A DNA stretch of 53,885 bases, taken from Saprolegnia diclina VS20. Its lineage: Eukaryota. A program made the position numbers and the translations under genes. The DNA lies in the NCBI RefSeq assembly GCF_000281045.1, contig NW_008246095.1:564526-618410 (forward strand), in the 5' to 3' direction. Below the pieces are notes generated by a model that was not told the origin of the DNA, did not search any database, and worked only from the letters and a program-made list of their open reading frames with translations. Shown here piece by piece: positions 35,551 to 47,564 of this stretch (positions within the stretch are counted from its first letter, which is position 1; each line of letters begins with the position of its first letter).

Positions 35551-38500
35551 ACACATACCACGCAGTGTACGCGACGTTGGCCGTGCAGCTCGCGACCGCC
35601 GATGTGTACTCGAGCGACGACTCCATATCCCCACTCGCCAGCGCCGTCGTAAAGTTCCCGGTCGTTTGGTTCCCGACGCACGAGACGATCGACGCGCATG
35701 GCGTCGACATGGCGCACTGGGAGGCGAGTGACGCGCAGGCTTGGCACTTGGCTACAGGATACGACAGTGAGGACACCACGTGGCAGCACGACAGGATAAT
35801 AATGCGTACATCGTTGCATCGAATCCGACAGCATCGCCCAGTTGGACGTGTACGGAAAGCCAAACGCTGAAATGTTGAGCGGAACAACCTTGTACAGCCA
35901 GCTCGATGGCGCGGACGATATATTTTCAAACGCACCGAGCACCGTGATCGTTGGTAGCGGCGCAACGTAGTTCGCGTATGACAGCGTGAGGCTCCATGAT
36001 GTCTGGCTTGTGGAGGCAGATGTAGCGGTCACTTGCCCCATGCCGCCGAGCAACGTCTGTAGTAACGCCGCGATGGTCCGTGTCGGTGTTGCCAAGGCCA
36101 CATTGGACACGCTGCCAACGCTCGAGCCAAAAAGACTCAGCTGCAACGTTACGTCCTTGGTCGTGTCCAAGAAGATGGTCTGGATCGCAGTCGTCACCGT
36201 TGGCACAATCATGCGGTAGGCCAAGATGGACGTGATGTTGGCCGCGAGGCTCAGGTCGGCGGCGACAGGGCACCCGTTCTGCAGGAGGCAGCTCGTCGCC
36301 GCGAGAAAGGGACTCGCACTCGCAAAGGTTTGGTTGGCAAAACAGAGGGTAGCATTGGCCGTCGCGTTCACAGACGACAACTGTGGTGACGCTTGAAGAG
36401 CACTGAGGGTCGACGCAATCGACGCATTCGCGCGCCAGCAGCTCAGTATATTGGCACACGCAGCGTCGGCGGTGCATGCGCTAAACTGCGACACGCACGC
36501 ATTGCAGGTCGCTACAGAGACCATGAGTCTCTCAAGAACATAGGATCAAACTGTACCGCTGAGCACGAGGGCCGTTTTGGTGACCGTCGTCGGCAGCAAG
36601 AGCATCAACATATGGCTGGCCTGCACGGTGCGCGTCGCGGTCGTCGTCGCAAACGGTGACGTGACCCTCGGCAATGACAACGGAATCGCAAGGTTCGGGA
36701 ATGTCAGCGTGACGTTGCACGAGAGATCGCAAGCCAGCACAGCCGTGGGCGTTAGCGAGACGCCCCAGACCGACTGGAACGCGTAATTGAGCCCGCTTGA
36801 CGCGCTGCTCGTCACGACCAGCGAGACGTTGAGCGATGGGTACGAGATGGTTGTATTGAAGGTCACGGTCGTGTTGGGCACAGTAACGACGTGGACTTCG
36901 GGCGTCATCGAGAGGACCACGTTCTTGGGTATACCGTTGACCATTGTCGAGTTGAGCGCACACTGGTAGTTGCTCATGCACGAGTAGTAGAGCGCAAATC
37001 GAGTCATCGACTTGAGCGACGTGGTCGTGAACGGCGTTTGAGGTCCCAAGAGCACGGACGACATCGACATTGGCAAAAAGAGCGCGCTGTTGACGAGCAG
37101 CGCCGAGACATTGGCGTTGATGGCCGCCCGGAAGCTGGACAAGAGATAGGTGCAGTCGGTATCCGTGAGGCAGTTTGCCTTCAAGTACGCTTCGCACTGG
37201 TCGCAAACTAGAAAAAAGTGAGCAAGATTCAACTCGAAAGCGCGTACCAGTGGCCATGGTTTTTGTTGCATTTGTCGTTGCCGTGTTGTTGGTTGGAGTC
37301 CCCGATGGAAACAGGTTGGTACCGTACGTGGGCATCGGCGCCGGTGACGTGGTCATCGGGGCTTGTGTCGGCACCGCTTGGTACGGGAACCCAAACTGGA
37401 CAGCATGGAGCGGTACGACCTCGTAGTATTGCGACGGCGAATTGGCACCGATGACGTACGCGGTCACGGGCGATGACGTGGCAATCGTCAGCGTTGGCAG
37501 TGGCCCAATGTAGTTGCTGTACGTTAGCTGAATGTACCACATCGTGTTGGTTTCTTGCGACGTCGAGAGAGACACAGTGCCCAAAGACTTGAACATCGCT
37601 TGGAGCTGGCTCGCGAGCACGGACGACGACGAGTAGAGCGAAATGGACTCAATACGACCAAGAAAGGCGCCGAGAAGAGAAATGTCGAGGCTCACGGACG
37701 CCGTGAGGGCCCCCGAGACGAGGATCTTCTGGTAGCCAGGCGTCACCGAGGGCACGAGACTTCGACCAGCCGAGATCTGGCTCAACGTCACGTTCACCGG
37801 ACACTTGTTGGCCGCCAAACAGCTCGATGCCGCGAGGAACGGAGTCACCATTGCCAATGACTCATCCGTGAGGCAAAACGCAACACTCCTGCCGTACTTG
37901 GCGTAGAGCGAAGCCGCTGTGACATCGAGGGACCCGTTGCGCACTTGCTGCGTCGTGCTGTCGGCGTTCGCACACGATAGCAAGCGGGTGCAGCCCGAGA
38001 GGTTGCTGTAGCACGCTTCAAAGTACTGCAAGCAGCGATTGCACGCCGCTAGTCCGGCGTTCTCAGACGAAATACATGCTAACACATCAACGTACGGCTC
38101 TGGGCAATCTCCAGGTTCAGCCCCGTGGTATTGGAAGGGAAGAGCTGAAGCACTTGCGACGCACTCTTCTTGTATGCGGACACGTAGATGTCGTCCGCAA
38201 CGACGTCTGGTAGTGTCAGCGGCAATATCGCGTGCGCAAAATCGAATGTCAAGTAGCACGGCAGATTCGAACAGCCGAGCGACGCAGTCGGCGGCATCGA
38301 TGCGTTCCATTGAGACGCCAGCGCATACGTGAGATCGGCGGGCGACATGGAGCTGTCGATGGCCATGGTCACATTGAACGCTGGGTACGTCACCGTGAGG
38401 TTGAAGGCGGCCGATGTGTTGTAGATCATTGCGACATGCTTTTCGGTGCTCGCGACAAGCACGGGCACCAACGGCGCATTCGGTGGCGTCTTGACCAGTG

Positions 38501-41500
38501 GGCATTGATACTGCGAGAGACACGAGTGGTAGAGACCAAAAACGGACGCTGCACGCGCCGGGGTCCCCGCTGGTACGCTGCGCGCGATGAGATCCGAGAC
38601 GTCGATGAAGCTTCCGTTGCCGGCGTTGATCATGCTGAGGATTGTTTGGTTCATGTTGCGCTGGAAGTCGGTCATGAGCTGTTGGCAGCTCGGATCGGGC
38701 CCGCAGTACGTCTGCAAGAAGGCGCGGCACTGGTCGCACACTACACAAAAGATGAGTTGTTGAATAGCGTTTCTTGGGAGCGTACTGGACGTCATGTTGG
38801 TGGCCTTGAACATGTCCATGGGCATTGGCGCTCCCGCTGCAAAGTACTTGAGGTTGTACGGCACGACCTGCAGGGCGACCGACGCATTCGGCGAAGAGAC
38901 GCGGACGTAATCGTAGTTGCGGTACACTTGGATAGTCGGCAGCGGGCCCACAAAGTTGCCATACGTGAGCTCGAGCGTCCAGAGACTCTGCGCGGCCGCG
39001 AGCGTCGTGTACGAGTACGCTCTGATGGACGAGGTAAAGTTGCTCAAAAACCAAAGCTGCGCCTCAAACGTCATGAAACCAGAGCCAGAAGCACTGACGT
39101 TGTAGAGAGCGCCCAGCGTCACGCCCTTGACCGAAAACTAGATGGGATCGATAAGACTTTGTCGCTAGTTGGGACAGCGTACCATGAGCGTCACGCTTTC
39201 ATACGTCTGCATTTGGATCGTCTGCGTCGCGTTGTTGGGCTGCAGTGAGACCATGCGGGTCGAGCTCACGTCCTCCGTGATCGGACACGACGTGTTCATG
39301 TAGCAGCGCAGCGCCGACGTGAGCTGCTGCCAGCCCGCAAACGAGACGCCGAGCTGGGCATAACACGAAGAAAAGTTGCTCGTCAGGTTGGCAGTGTAGC
39401 CCATCGGGTACGTGGTGCTGAGCAAAATGGACGGGTTGTCAAAGATCGCCGACGAGTTGGCCATGCATGCAAACGCCCCGGAACAGTCGGCGCTCTTGCG
39501 ACACGCCTCCATCTTGTCGCTACACGCTCGGCACTCGGCTACAATCAACAGTTGAGTGTCGAATGCCAGCACTCGAGGCGCGTACGGATCGGGGTCAGAC
39601 CCATCCCGGACGCGGTCGGGCCTGGCGGCGGCGGCCCAGGAGCAAATGTCAGCTGCAGGTTCAGCGGCGCCGGAACGTCCGTCGACGAGACTGGCGCGTT
39701 CGAGTTGAGCACGAGGTGCGGCAAGGGGCCCACAAGGTCCTTGTACTGCAGCAGAATGTACCAGTAGACACTCATCTCTTGCGAGATCGGGTCAAACTCG
39801 GGAGTCGAGTAAATTTGGACTCGAACACCGGTGGTGACCGCCGAAAGCAGCGTCGTCAGCGGCATGGACAGCGTCTTTGGGTCCGTCGACGCGACGATAT
39901 TCCCCAAGTCCATCGATTGGCTGCCCATTTGCACCTACGACACAAGATGGTCATGTCCTGCGTCCCAAAATCACAAATTTTCGTACCCAGAGGCTCACAT
40001 ACGAGCCTTGCGGCGCACGAATGAGCTGGCGTGACGAGAATGGCTGCGACAGCGTAATGTTGCCCGAGGGAACTTGCGCGACGGGGCACCCCGACTCCAT
40101 AAAGCTCTGGAGCACATCGACGAGCGGCGCAGCGCTGGCCGGCGGCAGACTCCCGAGGCAGTTTGCGGCCATGTCCGAGACGTCCCACTGCGAGTTGTTG
40201 TACCACAGTGTTGCGTTGCGCGCCATTTGATCCGCCAGCGCCGGCAAATCCAAGCAGTCGTAGGCCATCGGGTACGTCTTGCTCAGCGCCGAGAGCTGCG
40301 CGTTCGCCTTGGCGCACTCGGCGCTTTGGCCAGTCGCGATCGACGAGAAGAACGCCGTGTTGTACGGGAGGACCTCGACCGCGTAGTACGGTGCGACGTT
40401 GGTCGAAATCGAGACGGGCGGCTGCGGACGCGCGTTCGGGTTGTACACGCTTAGAATCGGGAGCGAGCTCATGAGATTCTGGTACGCAATCTGGATCGTC
40501 CACGCATTCTGGGACGGGTTCCAGCTCTTGGAGACCGTCGGGACGACGCCAGTCGCTGCAAATTGCTGGGAAAGCGTGTTGCTGAGCGCGGCGACGTCAC
40601 TTGTCTCGGTAAAAAGAGGAGTGATCGCAATGCCGTTAAACTCGATCTGGAGCTGGAGCTCGTACGTCGACGCCATGATAAGGACCGCGTGGCTCGGGTC
40701 GTTGGAGTAGAGCACCGCCATATTGGTCGTATTTGGCAAGAACGGCGCGAGCGGGCACCCCGAGTGGAGGAAGCACGACGCGGCAATCTGAAAATCCGCC
40801 CACGCATTCGCCGAGGTCGTGTTCTGGCACTGCAAAAGCGCTTGCGTAATGTCGCGCGTGAAGCCCGGGAGGTAGTTTTGAACGGTTTGCGTGAGGAAAT
40901 TCGGCGTCAGAATCTGGTTCTGGATGCAGTAGACGTCGCTCGACTGCGCGAGCAAATTCTGGCACAAGGCGCAAGCCTCGGACGGAAGCGTGAACAGATT
41001 CAAGGTCTGGTTGCCTCCATCGGTGAGTGGCGACGCCGGATACAAGCTGAGGTTGAGACTCAGTACGTTGTTGGCGATGATGGCACTGTAGTAGTTGACG
41101 CTCTCTTCGCCCGAGTGGCTCACAACCGTCACGGACGACGCGGCCGTCGTCGGGCTCATCATGCTATATGTGCATCGTTAGACAATATTGTACAAGCATA
41201 GCATTCGTACTGGGCGATGACGCGCACGACGAGGTCGTCGGAGGCATTCTGGAACGAACCAGGCGGCGTCAAGTGCAGCACAACGTCGATGCGCGACGGG
41301 TTCGAGTCGGCCGACGGCCAAATCTGCCACACGGTCGCATTGCTCGCATCGATGATCGGCGCGACGGCCCCGGGCGCAAACGCGTTGGAGAAGAGCGGAC
41401 GCTTGGTCTCGTACGACGCGAGGACATACGGGACCTCCACAAACGCCGACGTGAACGCCAGCTGGAGGCAGAAGAGCGCGTTGCACGGCGGCGACGGCTG

Positions 41501-44500
41501 CGTCACGTGCACAAAGCTGCCGTCCAAGAGTGGGTACGACTGGCGTGGCACGAAGAGGTCGCCCGACGACGTCACTTCGTACGTCGTGTAGCCATCCGCA
41601 TACAAGTTGAGCTGGATGCCCAAGATGGTCTGCGCCGTCGGCCACTCGACGGCCGCGAGCGACTGCGGAAGATTGAGCTGGACTTGCGTCTGGACCGCGT
41701 CGCGACCGACGTTGGATCCATCCGCCAACGGCAACTGGAAGGTCCACTGCATCGCGTTCGAGTTGTACGGCTTGTAGAGCTTGAGGAGCGAGATCGCATT
41801 CGATGGAATGCCCGACGCAGCCGCCACGGCGAGCTTGATGCGCGCATAGTCGAGCGCCGAGTACGTCATGGACAACTCCTGGTACAAGGTCAGGTACAAG
41901 AAGACGTACGGACCGATGGGCGCGGCCACCGGTGCGAGCCCGGTCGAGAGCTCGACGCCGACGAGGCCAAACGGTGGCAAGCCCGGCGATGCCGCCACGA
42001 CGGCATTGATGACGGCCGGGTTGACGAGCGCCGACGTCATGTTGGTCGTCTGCTGCGTGTCGTTGGCGTCCGTAAAGAGCAAGAGACGCGCCTCGTAGTA
42101 CGCAGCCTGCGCGGCCGACGGCGCGTTTGTGTGGATATCATAGATCTGCGTCGCATTCGCACCGACGTGGTAGCCCAACATGGTCGTCAGCGTCGGCAGC
42201 GACGCTGTCAGGTTCGCGAGCGTCACATTCGCAAACGAGACCGTCACGCGCAGGTAGGTGTTGGGCGAGATGGCATCCGGCGGCGTCTCGAGCACACTCG
42301 CTTGGTAAAAGCTCAGCGGTACGACAAAGCCGTCTGCGCCGAGGTCCAGCATCGCCGAATCAAACTCGTCGCCAACCCCGTTGCGCTTGAGATGGTTCGC
42401 GAGCGTCGTCTGCAGCGGCCCGGACAGCGCCATACGGTCCATGGTCGCATTGAGCTGGAGGTGCATCGTGACAATCACCAAGTAGCTGCCGCTGGCCTTG
42501 GTGACGGGGCCCGTGATGATGCGACTGGTCGAGTTCCACCCGAGGTTGGACGCGATCGCGAGCTTGATGCGCTGGAAGAAGAACGCGTCGTACGTGTTGA
42601 GCGGGACAGGGTTCGCGTCGTAGTACTGCAATTTGACGTCAAAGTACGGCGACGTGAGGGCGACCGCCGGCTCGGGGCTGCTAGTCGTGCTCGTGCTGTA
42701 GTTATAGACACTCACAAGGACCGGGTTGGGCGCAAAGACCGACCCGAGCTGGTCGAGCAGCGTCGCATTGTAGAACGTGGTCGCAGGTGCCAGCATCGAG
42801 TCGTACGGTGCGTAGAGCCGGAATGAGACGTTGAAGCTCCCGTATGCATTCGCATCGCGAAGCGACGAGTGCACGCTGGCCACGTCCGACGTGTTGCTGA
42901 ACACTCCTGCTGCGGCTTGGAGCACCGAGAGGAGCGCGGTCTCGTGAACCTCCAGATCGTGGAGACTCAAGCTGCCGTCGAACGTCAACCACACGCGCGC
43001 AAACGACGACGTGAGCGGCACCGGGGGAATGTACACGACCGAGTTGAACCACGAGACGTACCCGTCCGCGCCCAAGTTGAACTTGACACCTTGGTATCCC
43101 GTGAGGAGACTCATGTCCGGTCGGTTGTTGAAGAGGAAGCGCGACGGCGCGTTGAGCGACATGAGCTGCGAGATCGTCTCGCGGGCCGGCATGCCTGCCG
43201 TCAAGTACGCCCGGACGGTCCACGTCACCGTGTACGAGTGCATGGGCTTGGACACGTCGAGCACCTTCATCTGCGACGGCAGGACCGCGCGGTTTGAAGC
43301 GCCGGCCAGCGCACACAGACCGCGCTGGAGGTCAAACACGGGGCTTCCTTGCGTCGTTGGCGCGACTTGGATGAACGTCATTGTGAAATCAAAGAATGAA
43401 GGTGTCGCGACAACTCCCGCCGCTGCTGGCGACAAGTAGAGCGCAACCATGCCTGCGGGTAGCTGGAGCGCGGTGAGAATATCCTGCAGGAGCGCGCTAC
43501 TGTTGGTCGCGACCATCGCCGCAATCGCATCCTCGCTGCTGACCGGCGTCGGCTGCGCGCGGAGCGACAGCCCAATGTACGTGGGCGTGTCAATGTCGCT
43601 GGCGTCGCATTCGATGGCGACGACACTCATGGACGCTCCGAGGTCGGCCGCAAGACTCTGGAGGATCGCGGGAGTATACGCCTCGACTTGGCGAAGGCTG
43701 AACGCAATGCCAAACGACAGCGTGACGTTCACACTCACGTTGGGCGGCGACGGCAGACTGTACGCCGAGCTGTACCACGACGTGATGGCGCCGTCGGCCG
43801 TGAGGTTCATCGTGTACATACCAGACCCGAGGAACGTCAAGTCGTTGGCTTCGAAGATCGGCGCACAAATCAATGCGCTGTCAAAGGCCAAGTGCAAGCT
43901 GTCGCGCGAGACGAGCCCGTTGTCGAGACCAATGAAGAGCGAGACGACGAGCAGCGGCTGCCACGACGCTTTGGCCGCTTGCGTCACATGCACCCACGTC
44001 GCGTGGTATCCCAGGAGTGCGGCAGCGGCAGCGAACTCGACCGATTGGAAGAAGAAAGCGTCGAGCGCCACTTGTCCGTCGGCCGGCGCCGGCAGCAAGA
44101 GGTCCATGCCAATGTACGGCGCACTCGGGAGGAACGGCGTCACGGGGCCAAGACCTTTCACGAGCACGTTGTTGGCCGACATGGACGGCGAGAGCGCACC
44201 AAACATGGCCTGCGCCAACGCCAATGGCAGCATCTGCCCGACGACCAGACCGAGACTCGTATAGTTGACCATTGGCGGCATGGCTCCGGTCGGAGCGGTA
44301 ATGACGTCACCGGTGCCGTTGGTTGCATTCTTCAAAAAGAGGTTGATCGAGACGACGTAGTCGAGCATCGAGTAGAGCGATGGCTGGAGGTTTGTCGCTG
44401 CGAGGTTGGTCGTGACTTCAAACCCGGCCGTGTCGACGTGCGTCACGAGCGCCGTGTCGTTGTCGTTGTTGTTGAGGTAGCTCATAAGCATATTCTCCAT

Positions 44501-44680
44501 CGTATGCTCGTTCATCTTGAGTGCTTGCAGTGACGTGGCGTACGGAAGACGCAGGTCCAATCGCACGTAGCTGGCGTTCGCTGGGTTGGGCACCGAGGGC
44601 ACGACGTAGTCGTACGTCTGGCCGAGCACGAGCCATGAGAGGTGTCCGAGGAGCACGAGGCCCAAAAGTCGCAGTCCCAT
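35551..44680 (-). CDS. Giant secreted modular glycoprotein (signal peptide, 4 N-terminal ~235-aa repeats, then at least 8 Cys-rich/beta modules); runs into the gap
   Basis: Signal 'MGLRLLGLVLLGHLSWLVLG'. Recurring '[LF][ND]L.ADG' motif. Modules 'CxxC..C..C...CP' + 'W.I..Y.N..GPLP.I.V..VVP' separated by short introns. Many NxS/T sites. Confidence 0.75.
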
Positions 44681-45017
44681 CCTCGAGTCGAGTTGTCTAC
44701 TGCATGCCACGTCGTCCTCTGCGTTCAATTATCGAACAAGAGAAAAACCTTCGTATTGGCGACTCTTGTCCAAGGGTCGTCCTCGTAGATCTCTCTTCAG
44801 ACCTCTCGCCCAGCGATGCTATGAGCTCCCAACATCTACTTGATTCTTTGCGTTAGATTGACCTCTTGGCTCTACGCCACAGCTTACAACGGGCTCACAT
44901 TGATATCCCAGGAAGCTCTACAGCGAGCCTGGCTCAGGATCACGTGGAAGAAGAAGACGAACGATATAATCCGAACAAGAGAACGATCAAGAGCTTGGCG
45001 TGGGACGACGTCGAAGG

Positions 45018-46724
45018 TTAGAAGCCACACATGCACTCGGAGAGCTTTTTGCGAATGTCGTACAAGATCAGTTTGGCGCGCGCATCGATGGTCGGCCACA
45101 TGCTCAGAAGGGTGTGGGACCCCGCGGCCGACGCGACCAACACCAGACTGCTTTCATCGTCACCGGGCAGCGCGAGAAGGAGGGCACCGTCGCCGCTCGC
45201 GTTGACTTGGGTCGCCAATTGGAGGTTGAGCGCCTTCATGTCAATGTGATGGTGGTGTCGGATCATGGTTTCGTTGAGCGAGTTGACGGGGCACACGAGG
45301 CGGAAGCGCACCTGCAACACCATCCGTTAAGCTGCAGGCGCTCACAGGTCCGAGATACTACCTCGTTGGGTGTGGCGCGGAGGAGCTCAAAGCGGTCGTC
45401 GGAAGCGAGCTGCGCAACACACGCCGCTTGGTGTGACTCGAGCGCGTCACGCGCAATCAACGACTGCAAATCCGCTTGTACGGACGCCGCCTCGAAGCCG
45501 GTGCCAATGACAGCCAGCTGCGTCAACGGCGCACACGGCCATTTGCCCGTGTTGGTCATCTCGAGCCTTGCACTTGGCGATCAGACGCGCATGATACGGA
45601 AGAAAATGCTACCGTTGCTTGCCGCTGAGCTGCAGCACGTAGCGGTGGAGCGGGTCTTCCGCGAGATAGAAAATGCCCTTGGCGCGCAGCGTCGACGGTG
45701 GGAGCTTGGCGCCAATCCACGCAGTCAGCGCCGGCAGCGACACGGGCGTCTTGGACTCGAGGACTTCGGTGGACCATTCAGTGTGGCTCGGCGTATACGC
45801 GCGACCATCGACTCTAGAAGAACACCATTATAACCACTCTGCTCGTTATCGGCGTTGGCTGTGTACTGGGTGCGACGCAAGGTCGAGGCCGCCGACGTGT
45901 TCCAATGCGCCTGGACACGCTCGTGGCTCACCGAGTTGTAGATACCCTCGGGCGGCGCAATGTCGAGGATGCGCGGAAGGTACACGTCGCAGTGCGTCGT
46001 CTCGTAGATGTGCGCGCCGGCCGGCGTCAGCGCCCGCACGACCTCCTGTGCCCGCGCCTTGCGTTCTGGCACATCGCATCAGAGAGAGGGAGTCGGACGC
46101 CAAGGCATGCGTACCTGGCGAATGGAGCAAGTCGATCTTGTTGAGAAGCACGACGTCGGCGCACTTGAGCTGGTTGAGCGCGACGGCGCAGGGGGCCACG
46201 TTGTTGTCGGCGTCGGCGACTAGCGCATCGGCATCGACGACTGTGACCACTGAGTCGAGACGGGCACGCGTGAGCTTGCCAAAGCGCGCTTGAATGGCTT
46301 CGATGAGCGCGAGCGGGTCCGTCGTGCCGCTCGTCTCGACCACGAGGTAGTCCATGGTCATGTCGTCTTGGCTGAGCACCTGCCACACCACGTCCTTGAA
46401 CTCGTTCGTGTTGTCGACGTCGAGGCGCACGGGGCAGCACATGCAGCCGTTCTCCATAAGAAATCCGGTCGACGTCCGCGTCTTGGACTCGGTGATGAGC
46501 TGCTCGTCCACATTGAGCGCGGCGACGTCGCTCACGCAGCAGCACACGCGCAGGTTGAGGCGGTTCTTGAGGATGTGCCGCAATAGCGTCGTCTTGCCGC
46601 TGCCGAGGAAGCCCGTGAGGATCGTCACGGGCAGGTGGCGCGTCGGCGGCGCCAGAAGGAGCTTTTCGTAGTGCAGAGAGAGGTTGAGGCGGTCGACCTC
46701 GAGCTGCGCGCTGCTGCGGGCCAT
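45018..46724 (-). CDS. CobW/COG0523 (ZNG1-like) G3E GTPase metallochaperone with C-terminal extension (multi-exon)
   Basis: GFLGSGKTT, 'ENGCMCC', 'ETSG', 'VTVVDA', NKID, and CobW_C 'LRAKGIFYL..YVLQ..LAVIG'. An extra last exon ends 'HHHHID...ECMCGF*'. An in-frame upstream ATG at 46820 is also possible. Confidence 0.88.
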
Positions 46725-47464
46725 GGCAAAGGCAATGTGCTGGCCGATCGACGGAAATCCGGATAATACAAGCGTATCCGGATACTCATGGGCATCCGGA
46801 TATCGAGATGTTGGCGCCATGCTTGATGTCGACGAAGGCCCAGACTCTCGGTTGCCAAAGTCCTCATCTTAGAACGAGCGACTCCCTCCTAGGGCACGTG
46901 GCTCTTCAATTTATCTCGACCATGCAACTACACGACTACCACTAATGCATATTATGCTGCGGAGTGGCCATTGGGCGTTGACCCCAAGGGAAACATGATT
47001 CCTTTGGTTGCCCCTCACGTTGCCGTCCCTACTCGCATTCATCCCATAGCACGTGCTACGAGGGGTGCTCACGACAGGATTTAGAACGCTTGGTGGCAAC
47101 CCAAGCAAAGGATGTACCGTGCTGTGCATGGTATCGACCGATGTACCCAGCGGCATTGTACGCTTTATCCTGTCGCGCTGCCACGTGGTGTCCTCATTGT
47201 CGTATCCTGCAACCAAGTGTCAAGCCAGCGCTCGCCGCCCAGTGCGTCATGGCGGCGCCATGCGCGTCGATCATCTCGTGCGTCGGGAACCAAACGACTC
47301 GGAACTGTACGATGGCGCTGGCGAGTGCGAATATGGAGTCGTCGACCGAGTACACGTCGGCAGTCGCGACACGGCCAACGTCGCGTACACTGCGTGGTAT
47401 GTGTGTTGCGCAGGCGCTGACGTGCATAGAGATCAACCAGAGTCCGCTGCTGTCGACGACCGCG

Positions 47465-47564
47465 NNNNNNNNNNNNNNNNNNNNNNNNNNNNNNNNNNNN
47501 NNNNNNNNNNNNNNNNNNNNNNNNNNNNNNNNNNNNNNNNNNNNNNNNNNNNNNNNNNNNNNNN
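47465..47564. other. Assembly gap (100 N)
   Basis: Run of N. Confidence 1.

Noticed and set aside
36532..39054. 840-aa ORF as a standalone gene
   Set aside because: Only its middle third is in the module-coding frame; the rest reads through other exons out of frame.
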